A stretch of DNA of 64,000 nucleotides from an uncultured Verrucomicrobiae bacterium (GCA_963762565.1 CAVXLD010000014.1:1-64000); one strand, 5' to 3'. Shown: positions 46,619-56,820, counted from the stretch's first letter. A program made the numbers and translations. Notes: a model not told the origin generated them from the letters alone.

Positions 46619-48282
46619 AACAATTTCCTTTTAGCGCAGTGGTTGGGATGGAGGAGGCCAAACGATCTTTGATCTACCATGCGATTGATCCTAGGATCGG
46701 TGGCTCTCTTTTGCTTGGACACCGTGGCTGCGCGAAGACCACACTCGTGCGGGCCTTTGCTGAACTATTACAAGCTGCTTCCACAGACCCAATTCCGTTC
46801 GTGGAGCTGCCGCTTGGGGCCAGCGAAGATCGTGTGCTCGGTTCGGTGAACGCGGAAGCTTTGGTTGAACAGAACAAATGGGAAACCCGCGTTGGGCTGA
46901 TTGAAGAAGCGAATGGGGGAGTGTTGTACGTCGATGAGATCAATCTGTTGCCGGATAATGTAGCGGACCAGATCTTGGACTCTGCAGGCTCCGGCAGACA
47001 TCATCTGGAAAGGGACGGGATCACACGTCGTATCGAAAGCCGATACATCCTCGTCGGTACTATGAATCCTGAGGAAGGAGAATTGCGGCCGCAGCTATCG
47101 GATCGATTCGCTCACGGTATCGTGATCCAGGACGATTTTACGCCGGATCAACGAGTGGAGGTCGTGCGACGTCGTATCCAGTTCGACGATGATCCGGAGG
47201 GATTTGTCGACCTGTACGCGGGTTCCTTGAGGGATCTGGCGGAATGTTTGGCCAAGGCAAGAAAAATCGTTAAAAGCGTAACGATTTCCGAGGAACAACG
47301 ACTCGATATCGCGAATCAGGCGAGAGTGTTGCAAGTGGAGGGGCTGCGTGCAGAACTCGCTGTGCTACGGACGGCACGCTGCGCTGCAGCCTGGGAGAAC
47401 CGATCAAAAATCGAACAGCGAGATTTGGATGAAGCCTGGCGGATGTGCCTCGGGCATCGACGGCCCGAAAATTGGCCTGCGGCGCCGGTGCCGCCAGCAC
47501 CTCCTCCGGGGCAGCGGTTCAATCCACCGTTGTCAATGCGTACTTCCGTGGCGCCTATCAATTCTCTACCAGACCCAAAGCAGTTGCCTGAGGCTAGTCC
47601 CGCAGCTAATCAGCCGCTGCGAGATTGGGCTAAGAATATCTCTGTTCCTTTACGAGGCAGAGAGGCAAGGGGAGCCTCCGAGGCAATCTCGCACGGGAGC
47701 ATCAACTGGATCGCAAGCCTCCTTAGTTCAGTGCCCTTTAGTAAGAGTTCCGGGATTCGGCTGCGATACTATTCGGTTCGGCGGCGCCCCCGTGTATGGT
47801 GTTTCCTCGATGCGAGCCGGTCGACTGGGATGAGTCGTTGCTTAAGCGCTGCCCGGGATTCGCTGATCGATCTGGCAAACTACTTCCGGTCACGCCGCTG
47901 GAATTTACTGCTCCTGCGAGACAACCAGATCGGATGGATCATTAAGGAAAGCAGCTTTCGCTCGTTTTCCAAAGTTCTCGCCCGCGTCGATGATGCGGGC
48001 GGGAAAAGCTATCTCTTTCAATCCCTTCGCTCTTTGCATCGCGTGGTTCTAAAGCGCGGCCCAACTACTGGGGATCGCGTCGTAATTGTGTCTGACGGCC
48101 TCGCAAGTCTTGAGGCCGGTCAACATCATCGGGATACGCCGTCCCGTCTCCGTCACTATTTGCGGCGAATAACCCAGCTGAACGTCTCGACCGCATGGCT
48201 CTATCCATCGACTGAACGAGCCCTGACCAGATGGTTACAAAGAATCTTACACGGTACGCCGGTTACAAGCATCAAACTCTAA
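46615..48282 (+). CDS. ChlI/ChlD-like chelatase subunit (AAA+, Pro-rich linker, divergent vWA)
   Basis: FPFSAVVG, GHRGCAKTT, LPLGASEDRVLG, LYVDEINLL, TMNPEEGELRPQL.DRF, PAAPVPPAPPP linker, LDASRS and VSDG. Confidence 0.9.
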   Translation: MKQFPFSAVVGMEEAKRSLIYHAIDPRIGGSLLLGHRGCAKTTLVRAFAELLQAASTDPIPFVELPLGASEDRVLGSVNAEALVEQNKWETRVGLIEEANGGVLYVDEINLLPDNVADQILDSAGSGRHHLERDGITRRIESRYILVGTMNPEEGELRPQLSDRFAHGIVIQDDFTPDQRVEVVRRRIQFDDDPEGFVDLYAGSLRDLAECLAKARKIVKSVTISEEQRLDIANQARVLQVEGLRAELAVLRTARCAAAWENRSKIEQRDLDEAWRMCLGHRRPENWPAAPVPPAPPPGQRFNPPLSMRTSVAPINSLPDPKQLPEASPAANQPLRDWAKNISVPLRGREARGASEAISHGSINWIASLLSSVPFSKSSGIRLRYYSVRRRPRVWCFLDASRSTGMSRCLSAARDSLIDLANYFRSRRWNLLLLRDNQIGWIIKESSFRSFSKVLARVDDAGGKSYLFQSLRSLHRVVLKRGPTTGDRVVIVSDGLASLEAGQHHRDTPSRLRHYLRRITQLNVSTAWLYPSTERALTRWLQRILHGTPVTSIKL

Positions 48283-48380
48283 CCGCCGTTGTCTCACCGA
48301 CCCATGTTTTACGAGGCGCGTATTGGTGCAGATGAGAATCGGCGCTATGCATTCAATGAATGCAGTGCTAGCATTGCAGT

Positions 48381-48629
48381 ATGCCGACCCTGACCATTCG
48401 GAGGCTTGATGAGAAAACCAAAGCCAGACTCCGGATGCAAGCGGCCGAAAATGGGCGATCGATGGAAGAGGAAGCGCGTGAGATATTGCGCACCTCGCTG
48501 AGTGTTGTTGAATCGGAACAAAGCAGCCTTGCCGAATCGATCAGAAAACGGTTTGCCGCGTTTCACGGCGTCGAACTGAAGATTCCAAAACGGCAGGAGA
48601 TGCGGAAACCGCCAAGGTTTCTTGAATGA
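48381..48629 (+). CDS. FitA-like ribbon-helix-helix antitoxin
   Basis: MPTLTIRRLDE..KARLR.QAA.NGRSMEEEAREIL; overlaps a PIN gene. Confidence 0.9.
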   Translation: MPTLTIRRLDEKTKARLRMQAAENGRSMEEEAREILRTSLSVVESEQSSLAESIRKRFAAFHGVELKIPKRQEMRKPPRFLE

Positions 48630-49042
48630 TTCTTCTCGATACGAACGTTATCTCTGAGCTAATGCGCCGGGAACCTTCGGCCCGGGTGGTTGCTTGGATG
48701 GAAGTGCAACCCCGTTCTCGCCTGGGAATCACCGCGATTACACAGGCGGAGATCCTCTACGGCATCGAGCTTTTGCCAAAGGGGCGGCGTAAACAGGGGT
48801 TACACAATGCCGCCCAGGGAATGTTTTCGGAGGACTTCCGGGGTCGAATTTTCCCATTCAATAGCGATGCAGCGCTCGCTTTTGCGAAGATTTCAGCGAT
48901 CCGTCAAAATCAGGGAAAGCCGATCAGCCAACTCGATGCGCAGATCGCTGCGATCGTTCAAATCCTCGGGGCGGAACTGGCTACCCGCAACGTGACAGAC
49001 TTCGAAGGATGCGGAATCAAACTTCTGAATCCCTGGGACTAA
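48626..49042 (+). CDS. vapC: VapC/FitB PIN-domain toxin
   Basis: MILLDTNVISE, AEILYG, DAQIAA, LATRNV.DF, NPW. Confidence 0.93.
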   Translation: MILLDTNVISELMRREPSARVVAWMEVQPRSRLGITAITQAEILYGIELLPKGRRKQGLHNAAQGMFSEDFRGRIFPFNSDAALAFAKISAIRQNQGKPISQLDAQIAAIVQILGAELATRNVTDFEGCGIKLLNPWD

Positions 49043-50253
49043 ATCCAGAGGAAAAGCAAACCGGCGATCGAGAAAATGATACCGATTGCGCAAACCCCGG
49101 GCCAGCCGGCAAGAGCCCAGGCTTGAGAGCCGAGCAGGGAGCCGATCGAGCCGCCTAAGAAAAAGGTCACCATATACACGGAATTGATCCGGCTATGGAG
49201 GGCCGGACTGAGGCTGTAGATCCTCGATTGATTAGCGATGTGATTGCCCTGTGCGCCGGCGTCGAGTAGCAACACCCCCACGCCCACCCAGAGCAAGGTG
49301 TTTTGCTGGCTGAACAGCATGGCGATAAATGCGACCATGATAATGCTGAGGAACAAGCCGTTGACCTGTCGCGGCGTCCACTTTTCGCCGAGATGACCGG
49401 CGAAGGGTCCTACCATGGCGCCAGTGATTGCCAGTAAACCGAACATGCCGGTGATGTCCGCACCGTAATGTTGTGGTTGTGCGTGAAGATAGAATGCGAG
49501 TGTTGTCCAGAAGGCGCTAAAGGTGCCGAAACTGAGAGCGCCGAGAATGCTGTGACGCCGAATGATCGGTTCGGTTTGAAGGAGACGTGGCATAGAGGCT
49601 AGCAAGCGGCCATAAGATTCCGCGCCTTGAGCCGGTTGCGATGGAAGAGCGAGCCAGAGAACCACAGCCAGAACCAGCATGAGGGCGGCGGCTGCCCAAT
49701 AGACGACCTGCCATGAGAATCTTGTCCCGATCAAGCCGGCGGTCGTACGGGAAAGAAGAATCCCGATTAACAACCCGCTCATCACGGCGCCGATGACCTT
49801 ACCGCGTCCTGCCCCGGGCACCAACCCGGCGGCATATGGGATTACCAGCTGCGGAGCGACCGACACGAACCCGAGAGCAAAACTAACTCCGAGCATGATC
49901 GGAAGATTCGGTGAAATTGGAACCAAGATCAGGACGGCGCAGGAAAGCAGGGTTGAACCGATGATTAGCCATTTGCGATCGATCCCATCTCCCAGAGGCA
50001 CCACAAACAACAGACCGGCGGCGTAACCGAGTTGAGTGGCAGTCGCTACCCAGGCGATCGCCGAAGGGCCAACCTTAAAAGTCGCGGCAATGGCGTTCAA
50101 TATGGGCTGGTTGTAATAGAGGTTCATCACCACCAGCCCGGCGGTTGCTGCTAATAAGAAGATCAGGCCTCCAGACGGGGTTTCCGCTTTGGCCTGAGGA
50201 TGCGCGTTGAGATTACCAGAGGATGAGCCAGCAGTGGTCCCGCATACGTTCAT
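49039..50253 (-). CDS. MFS transporter
   Basis: NLYYNQPIL, QLGYAAGLLFVVPLGD, MSGLLIGILLSRT, RINSVYM. Confidence 0.92.
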   Translation of the reverse strand: MNVCGTTAGSSSGNLNAHPQAKAETPSGGLIFLLAATAGLVVMNLYYNQPILNAIAATFKVGPSAIAWVATATQLGYAAGLLFVVPLGDGIDRKWLIIGSTLLSCAVLILVPISPNLPIMLGVSFALGFVSVAPQLVIPYAAGLVPGAGRGKVIGAVMSGLLIGILLSRTTAGLIGTRFSWQVVYWAAAALMLVLAVVLWLALPSQPAQGAESYGRLLASMPRLLQTEPIIRRHSILGALSFGTFSAFWTTLAFYLHAQPQHYGADITGMFGLLAITGAMVGPFAGHLGEKWTPRQVNGLFLSIIMVAFIAMLFSQQNTLLWVGVGVLLLDAGAQGNHIANQSRIYSLSPALHSRINSVYMVTFFLGGSIGSLLGSQAWALAGWPGVCAIGIIFSIAGLLFLWI

Positions 50254-50293
50254 GTGAAGTTCCTCCCTTATTGATGTGCGTCCGGACCAACCC

Positions 50294-50416
50294 GGGAGGG
50301 CGCGCGTCCTCGCGCGCCGCGAAGACGTTCCTGGCCTTGAGGCGTAATTTAACCATGTGATCCTGAAGCGCCGTTACACTTCGCGAACCACGGATCGCGG
50401 GGACGCGATCCCTCCC
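50294..50416. repeat. Family B REP pair, uninterrupted reference copy
   Basis: gggagggcgcgcgtcctcgcgcgccgcgaa ... cggatcgcggggacgcgatccctccc. Confidence 0.88.
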
Positions 50417-50421
50417 CCCTA

Positions 50422-52767
50422 TTACGCTTTGGCAGCCTGTGTCCGAGGCCTGACCACCTCATGCCGTAGATTCCCTTTCCTAAGATTCGTCCACCAGAGG
50501 ACGATCGGAGCGGCAATGAAGATCGAGGAGTAGGTGCCGATAATGACGCCTATCACGTTGGTGAACGCGAAATCATCTAGGACCGGTCCCCCGAAAATCC
50601 AGAGCGAGAGCATACAAATCAAGGTGACACCGCTGGTTAACACCGTCCGGCTTAGCGTTTCATTGATGCTGTCGTTCATCAGCGAACGAATGGTTCCGCG
50701 CCGGCCGGAATGTAATCCTTCTCGTATCCGGTCGAACACGACGATTTTGTCGTTAATAGAATAACCTGCGACCGTCAGAATCGCGCCGATGGTAACCAAG
50801 GAGAATTGGCGGCCCGTGATGACGAAAATCCCGAGCGTGATAATGAGGTCGTGGAACATCGCCACAATCGTTCCCACCGAGAAAGAGAACTCGAAACGGA
50901 TGGCGACATAGAGCATCACGCCGACGAAGGCGATCCCCAGCGCAAAGAGGGAGGTGGTGGCCAGCTGTGAACCCATCACTGGGCCCACCGTTTCAGAATT
51001 TTCGACCACTAAGCCACTGGTTTGAGGTGACGCCTTTAACTCGCTGAGGATTTTCTGACCGGAGCCGTACGGAGCACGGATCGCGATCAAATGTACCGTT
51101 TGCTGGTTACGCTGACTCGATTCCTGTTGGATCACCGCGCTACCCAAACCAACCTTCTCCAGCTGGCTTCGTACTTGGGCTTCATCCACTGGCTTATCGG
51201 ACCGCAGAACAAGTGAATCACCGCCGGTGAAATCCAGATTAAACATGTTCGCTCCGCGCACACCGAACGCGATACCGGAAGCAGCGAGCAGAACGATCGA
51301 GGCGATCACGGAAATCTTCCATTTACCCAGGAAATCAAAATGCTTCGAGCTGATCAGGTGCAGCATCGAAATGCGCTTCATCAGATTAAACCGGATCAGC
51401 CAGCCAAAGATGTTCCGGGTAACTAATAGAGCCGAAAACATCGAAGCGATAATACCCAAAGTCAGAGTAATGGCGAAGCCCTTCACCGGCCCTGAGCCGA
51501 GCCAGAAGAGGATAACCACTTTCAGTAAGGTGGTGACGTTCGCATCAAAGATCGCGCTAAAAGCTTTGCGGTAAGCGGTATCGATCGAGGCCTTGAGACT
51601 CTTGCCGGCGCCAATTTCTTCTCGCAAACGTTCGTAGATCAGAACGTTCGCGTCGATAGCCATTCCGATAGTCAAGATCACGCCGGCAATACCGGGGAGG
51701 GTCAAAACGAAACCGAAAAGCGACATGGCGCCGAAGAGCAAGATGCCATTCACAGCCAAGCCGATTAGCGCGACAGCGCCCGCCGTCCGATAGTAGATGA
51801 GAACGAAAATGAGAGTGGCGGCTAATCCGGCCAAGCCGGAAGCGAGACCACGACTGATCGAGTCTTGCCCGAGGGTTGCGGAAACGCTACGCACTTCATC
51901 GATCACCACGGGCGTTTGCAGCGGGTTCTGAAGAGCGCTGGCCAAGTCTTGAGCTTCTTGGGCGGTGAAGTTGCCCGTGATCGAGGCCGAGTTATTCGAG
52001 ATCTCGGACTGGATCACAGGGGCTGAGATCACCTCACCGTCCAATACGATAGCGAGTTGGTTACCGATGTTCTGCCCGGTGACTCGAGCGAAAGTTTTAC
52101 CCCCTTCGGAATTGAAGCTTAAATCCACTTCGTAGCCGCGCTGTTCGAATCTGGCTTGTGCCCGGGTTACTTCGGCGCCGGTCAATTCCGGCTTTTTCTT
52201 AACCAGATACTTTTCAGGCTGGCCCGTTTTGCTGCTCTTTACGCCGTTCAGAATCTCGTAACCGGGAGGCGTAAAAGTCTGTCCCGATTCAATTTGGGGC
52301 AGCAACGTGCCGCTTTGCGGATTAACCAGCTTGAACTCCAGCTTCGCGACCCGTTGCAATTGTGCGCGGGCCTCGTCAATCTTGGCAGTATCCAAGCCGG
52401 GGATTTGAACGAGAATACGATCTGAACCCTGGCTGGTGATCACCGGCTCGCTGACGCCGAATTGGTCGACACGCCGCCGAATCACTTCGACGGCTTGCTG
52501 CTGCATATCCGGCGTGATAGCCCGGGGTTTACCGTTTTCGTCCTTTGGTGGAACCAGCCGGACTAAGAAGGAGCTGCCTCCCTGCAAATCAAGACCGTAG
52601 TGGATCTTGGCGCTGGGCGGGTAAAACGAATAAATGCAAAAGGCACATAACAGAATCGTCAGCGCTGTGCCGAGCAGACGTTTAGTTTGCTCTTTTTCAA
52701 CGAGGAAATAGGCGGCAAACAGGCAGAGTAGGAATAAACCGAAAAGAAACGTCCACGTCGGGCTCAT
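50422..52767 (-). CDS. secDF: Fused protein translocase subunit SecDF
   Basis: GLDLQGG, RRVDQFGVSEP, GMAIDANVLIYER, DFTGG, GYSINDKIVVFDRIRE. Confidence 0.96.
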   Translation of the reverse strand: MSPTWTFLFGLFLLCLFAAYFLVEKEQTKRLLGTALTILLCAFCIYSFYPPSAKIHYGLDLQGGSSFLVRLVPPKDENGKPRAITPDMQQQAVEVIRRRVDQFGVSEPVITSQGSDRILVQIPGLDTAKIDEARAQLQRVAKLEFKLVNPQSGTLLPQIESGQTFTPPGYEILNGVKSSKTGQPEKYLVKKKPELTGAEVTRAQARFEQRGYEVDLSFNSEGGKTFARVTGQNIGNQLAIVLDGEVISAPVIQSEISNNSASITGNFTAQEAQDLASALQNPLQTPVVIDEVRSVSATLGQDSISRGLASGLAGLAATLIFVLIYYRTAGAVALIGLAVNGILLFGAMSLFGFVLTLPGIAGVILTIGMAIDANVLIYERLREEIGAGKSLKASIDTAYRKAFSAIFDANVTTLLKVVILFWLGSGPVKGFAITLTLGIIASMFSALLVTRNIFGWLIRFNLMKRISMLHLISSKHFDFLGKWKISVIASIVLLAASGIAFGVRGANMFNLDFTGGDSLVLRSDKPVDEAQVRSQLEKVGLGSAVIQQESSQRNQQTVHLIAIRAPYGSGQKILSELKASPQTSGLVVENSETVGPVMGSQLATTSLFALGIAFVGVMLYVAIRFEFSFSVGTIVAMFHDLIITLGIFVITGRQFSLVTIGAILTVAGYSINDKIVVFDRIREGLHSGRRGTIRSLMNDSINETLSRTVLTSGVTLICMLSLWIFGGPVLDDFAFTNVIGVIIGTYSSIFIAAPIVLWWTNLRKGNLRHEVVRPRTQAAKA

Positions 52768-52790
52768 CGCTGGCGGCTGTTAGGGAGAAC

Positions 52791-53135
52791 TTATTGCGCA
52801 GTTGCAGTAGGCTGGTCGACCGACTTGGATACAGAGGCGATAGCGTTCTTGTCCACCTCAATTTTTACGTTGTCGGCAATCTTCACTACGAAGGTGGTCT
52901 CTTTTACGTTGGCGATTAGTCCATGAATCCCGCTGGTTGTGATGACCTTATCGCCCGTCTTTAAATTAGTGAGGAGGTTCTGATGCTCCTTTTGGCGTTT
53001 CTGCTGAGGCCGGATCAGCAAGAAATAGAAAATGACGGCCATGAACGCGAAAGGCAGCAAGGCCGAAACTAAGGATCCGGAACCGCCCTGGGCGGCTGGT
53101 TGTTGCTGCGCTAAAAACAAAATTGTCGAGATCAT
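52791..53135 (-). CDS. yajC: Preprotein translocase subunit YajC
   Basis: FYFLLIRPQQKRQK, GDKVITTSGIHG; upstream of secDF. Confidence 0.96.
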   Translation of the reverse strand: MISTILFLAQQQPAAQGGSGSLVSALLPFAFMAVIFYFLLIRPQQKRQKEHQNLLTNLKTGDKVITTSGIHGLIANVKETTFVVKIADNVKIEVDKNAIASVSKSVDQPTATAQ

Positions 53136-53291
53136 AAGAAGGCACCTTGATACACCACTTCAGCCGGGTAACAAGAGGAACTGAGTCAATAACGCAAACC
53201 TCGGACGCTAGCAAAGGGTTTTTGGCGACGGCATACCTCGGAAGCACTTGATTGGTATAGAGTGGATCAGGAACTGTCCCCGCAAAACCGA

Positions 53292-53464
53292 AGAAAAAAT
53301 CTCACGCAAAGACGCCAAGACGCAAAGAAGGAAGATCAAGGGCTGAAAGTAGCTTTAGGCCTAAGATGCTCTTACCCAGGTTTAACCAAACTTTATTTCT
53401 GACCTGGACTCGGGCTTCTTGCGTTCTTTCCTTTGCGTCTTTGCGTCTTTGCGTGAGATTTTCT
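53292..53464. repeat. Inverted pair of GCAAAGAC 8-mer arrays
   Basis: aatctcacgcaaagacgccaagacgcaaag / ctttgcgtctttgcgtctttgcgtgagatt; a single arm also occurs at 38441-38477. Confidence 0.85.
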
Positions 53465-53469
53465 GTCCT

Positions 53470-53985
53470 ATGGCCGGGCTTGATTTTGTCAGTTCACACG
53501 GGTTCGTTCTGCGACTCCCCAGAGTCTCGGTGACGGACCCGGCACCGGATCCGGAGCTGATAGCGTTCCTTCGAGACGCTGATCTCGAGCGCCTCGGCGG
53601 ATATGAACCAGGGGTTGTGCCGTTCGTGCGCAGTCTATTGCTCTTGGCTGCCGGTGACCTAGAACGAGCGCATCGATTGGTTCAGGAGGCCTCCAATGCT
53701 GACGGAACCTATATTCATGGGATCGTCCATCGAACCGAGGACGATTTCGACAACGCTCGTTATTGGTTTGGAAGAACAGCAGTTCATCCGGCAGCTGCCG
53801 AGATTTATCGAAAGGCAGCCGCCAACAGCCCGAAAGTGGCGAACTGTGCGACATGGGACCCAATCTGGGTGACGGACTGGGTCGAGGCTTCGAGGAAGGC
53901 CGGCGCCGACGAGGAGTTACGGGCGGTGCTGGCGATAGAATCTGAGGTACTGCTAGAGCACTTCGCGTCAGCGACGCCGGAGTGA
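53470..53985 (+). CDS. Conserved hypothetical protein
   Basis: GDLERAH..VQ...YIHGIVHR.E.DFDNARYWF motif looks conserved; start uncertain (53470 or 53530). Confidence 0.7.
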   Translation: MAGLDFVSSHGFVLRLPRVSVTDPAPDPELIAFLRDADLERLGGYEPGVVPFVRSLLLLAAGDLERAHRLVQEASNADGTYIHGIVHRTEDDFDNARYWFGRTAVHPAAAEIYRKAAANSPKVANCATWDPIWVTDWVEASRKAGADEELRAVLAIESEVLLEHFASATPE

Positions 53986-53997
53986 GTGGGAGAGAAG

Positions 53998-54211
53998 AGG
54001 CGTGGGCGTATGGGCGTGTCGGCGTGATGTGAACCTTGGGCTCTGCGATCGAATAGGACTTATACGACCTATGGGACTTATATGTTTGGTCCTATAAGTC
54101 CCATTGGTCCTATAGAGCCTGTCGCGCCGAAGGCTTGGCGAAGGCGGATCCTATCGGTGCGCAGCGCGCAGCGCACGCCCATACGCCCACACGCCGATAC
54201 GCCCACACGCC
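53998..54211. repeat. Nested arrays: outer ACGCCCAT 8-mer pair, inner ATAGGAC 9-mer pair, ~31-bp insert
   Basis: 53998-54027 pairs with 54174-54211; 54052-54082 pairs with 54088-54114; cctgtcgcgccgaaggcttggcgaaggcgga at 54118-54148. Confidence 0.8.
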
Positions 54212-55704
54212 TACTTCCAGCCGAGGACGTTGAAGACCACGAATAGCCCAGCGGAAAAGGTGGTAGCTCCTAGCAGTACGCAGACCGGTAGGGTCAAGAG
54301 CCAGGCAAGAGCGATATTACGCAGGGTAGCCAATTGCAGACCAGATCGGTTAGCTGCCATCGTACCTGCAATACCGGATGACAAAACGTGGGTTGTGCTG
54401 ACAGGTAACCCGTAGTTATCAGCGGCGAAAATCGTTCCCATGGCAACTAACTCCGCACAAGCGCCTTGTGCATAGCTCAAATGCGATTTCCCGATCTTTT
54501 CACCGACTGTCACCACGATTCGTTTCCAGCCGATCATGGTGCCGCAACCCAGTGCAAACGCGACGGCAACCTTCACCCAGGCAGGAATAAAGTTCGTGGC
54601 CGCATTCAGCCCGCCAGCGAATTGCTTGAGCGCGGCGGCATCCGCCGGGTCGGTTATCGCATGGGTTTTCAGCAATTTCCCAATGGTGTTCTGCGTAAGA
54701 TAGATGTCAGTCCTAACCCCAGCCCTGACCGCTTTGCCCAACTCTTGGAATGTCTTCTTGCCTTCAAGGTTGGCCTCAAATGCTTCAAGGGTGACGACAA
54801 GCGCGCCAAAGGTTTTGTCCGTTAGCTTACCAGAGGTTTTCAGGAAGGCGGAGAGTTCGGTCTCTGCTTCTTTCTGATCAGCCGGACGATCCTTAACATA
54901 CTTCGCAACAATGGCGGCCACCTGACCTTCTCCCTGTTCAATTCCGGCTATCTCTTTCGGGTCCAGACTAAGGTTCAGGGCGAAGACAGCGGGCACAATC
55001 CCAACCAAAATCAGCATGATCAGACCCATCCCTTTTTGACCGTCGTTCGATCCGTGTGCGTAGCTGACGCCGGTGCAAGTGAGAACCAAAATTCCGCGAA
55101 TCCACCAAGGAGGCGCTTTCTTAGCATCAGCCGGCTGGAATAGCTCTGGCTTACGAATTAATAGCTTAACCAGTAATAGAAGAATTGCCGAACAAACGAA
55201 GCCGACAATGGGGGAAATCAATAGAGTCGTGAATACTTCATTCGCTTTTGCCCAGTTCACGCCTTCCCCAAAGTTATGGCCCGGCGAATTTATCCAAGCG
55301 TTTGCTAGCCCGACGCCCATAATCGACCCGATGAGCGTGTGCGAGCTGGAAGCGGGCAACCCGAGGTACCAGGTGCCGACGTTCCAGATGATCGCGGAAA
55401 TCAGCAGGGCAAACACCATGGCGAATCCGGCGCCAGAGCCCACATTTAGCACCAGCTCCACTGGTAACAGCGCGAGTATCGAGAAAGCGACTGCTCCGCT
55501 GGAAACAAGAACTCCGATCAAATTCCAAATACCGGACCAGATGACAGCTACAACGGGCGGCAAAGAGTGAGTATAGATAACGGTCGCGACCGCATTAGCG
55601 GTATCGTGGAAGCCGTTAACAAACTCGAAGGCCAGGGCCATTAACAGGGCCAGGATCAGGAAGATCGCCGTGGCCATGGGTAAGGTTTCACCAAATAGAT
55701 TCAT
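54211..55704 (-). CDS. pit: Inorganic phosphate transporter (PiT family)
   Basis: EFVNGFHDTANAVAT, PASSSH, HGSNDGQK, GLPVSTTH. Confidence 0.95.
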   Translation of the reverse strand: MNLFGETLPMATAIFLILALLMALAFEFVNGFHDTANAVATVIYTHSLPPVVAVIWSGIWNLIGVLVSSGAVAFSILALLPVELVLNVGSGAGFAMVFALLISAIIWNVGTWYLGLPASSSHTLIGSIMGVGLANAWINSPGHNFGEGVNWAKANEVFTTLLISPIVGFVCSAILLLLVKLLIRKPELFQPADAKKAPPWWIRGILVLTCTGVSYAHGSNDGQKGMGLIMLILVGIVPAVFALNLSLDPKEIAGIEQGEGQVAAIVAKYVKDRPADQKEAETELSAFLKTSGKLTDKTFGALVVTLEAFEANLEGKKTFQELGKAVRAGVRTDIYLTQNTIGKLLKTHAITDPADAAALKQFAGGLNAATNFIPAWVKVAVAFALGCGTMIGWKRIVVTVGEKIGKSHLSYAQGACAELVAMGTIFAADNYGLPVSTTHVLSSGIAGTMAANRSGLQLATLRNIALAWLLTLPVCVLLGATTFSAGLFVVFNVLGWK

Positions 55705-55860
55705 GGGAGCAGAGGTGTGACGGTGGCGATGAGACTCGACCGAGAGCAAGATGGACAACGCTGATCAGGTTACAATTTTGTAACAAAGAGCTCAATGTGA
55801 GCGGGTAACGACGGAGGGCTCAGCGGCTCATGGAGCGCCGCGTGTTTGGTCCCAGTCGTC

Positions 55861-56082
55861 TGGAGGGGAGCCGCTTTATCGCGTTGCAGGTCTATCAGTC
55901 TCTAGCAGGCGGCTCCCGGGAATGACCCAGCGTGACCTTTCGCCCGGCGGTTCCGTCTGACCGGTTTCCCGATTCCGAGGCCGCTGACAGACCCGCGTCG
56001 TGCTGGATCATTCCCGGGAGCCGCCTGCAGCCATCCGACAGAACTGCGAACCTATGCGAACCTATAAAGCGGCTCCCCTCCA
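55861..56082. repeat. REPIN-like element, family D (copy 2)
   Basis: tggaggggagccgctttat / ataaagcggctcccctcca with inner caggcggctcccggga / tcccgggagccgcctg. Confidence 0.88.
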
Positions 56083-56157
56083 CGCGCGCTCTCACCTTAA
56101 AAAAATCTCGCGGATTGCCCCACGCTCAGGAGATAAGGGAAGGTCTGTTCGACCAAA

Positions 56158-56820
56158 ATGTTTAAACTGCTCAGTAACCTTGATGCGCATCAGCGGGTCC
56201 TGACCGCTCTGGCCGTCGCTTGCATTGTGTTTTTGGCCTCATTTAGCGTGGAGCACCTACCGTTCCGTATCATTCTGACCTGGAATGCATTTGCGGTAAC
56301 CGGAATTCTATTAGCCTGGCTCCGGATCATCTTGGCGGATGCAAAGACGGCAGTTGCAAATGCTAAGCTCCAAGACACGAGCCGCTCGATTATCTTTGGG
56401 ATCGTACTCTTGGGAGCTTGCGGCAGCCTGTTTGCCGTTGCGTATTTGCTTGGGACGGCGAAAAGCGTACCTGGCACACGACAGGTTCAACACGTCGCGC
56501 TCGCGGCCATCACCGTGATCTGCTCTTGGTTCTTGATCCATACGATCTTTGCCCTGCATTATGCGCACGCTTTCTACCGGCAGATTGACGAGGGCGGAGA
56601 CCGTGGCGATGGACTCAACTTTCCAGGCTGCGATGAACCGGATTTCCTCGACTTCGCTTATTTCTCGTTTGTGATCGGGATGACTTTTCAGGTATCGGAT
56701 GTGTCCATTACGTCGAACCGGATCCGGCGCATCTCGTTGGTGCATGCGATGCTCTCATTTCTGTTCAACACAATCATTTTGGCTCTGGCAATCAATTTGG
56801 CGTCCGGGCTCGTCCAATAA
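56158..56820 (+). CDS. DUF1345-like membrane protein
   Basis: SWFLIHTIFALHYAH, FPG..EPDFLDFAYFSFVIGMTFQVSDV. Confidence 0.88.
   Translation: MFKLLSNLDAHQRVLTALAVACIVFLASFSVEHLPFRIILTWNAFAVTGILLAWLRIILADAKTAVANAKLQDTSRSIIFGIVLLGACGSLFAVAYLLGTAKSVPGTRQVQHVALAAITVICSWFLIHTIFALHYAHAFYRQIDEGGDRGDGLNFPGCDEPDFLDFAYFSFVIGMTFQVSDVSITSNRIRRISLVHAMLSFLFNTIILALAINLASGLVQ

Noticed and set aside
48097..48117. ggcctcgcaag...gaggcc in the chlD-like gene as a family-A REP
   Set aside because: Short match overlapping the vWA SDG codons, without the flanking REP arms; probably chance.
50422..52767. SecD-SecF fusion as a novelty
   Set aside because: Fused SecDF is common in many bacteria.
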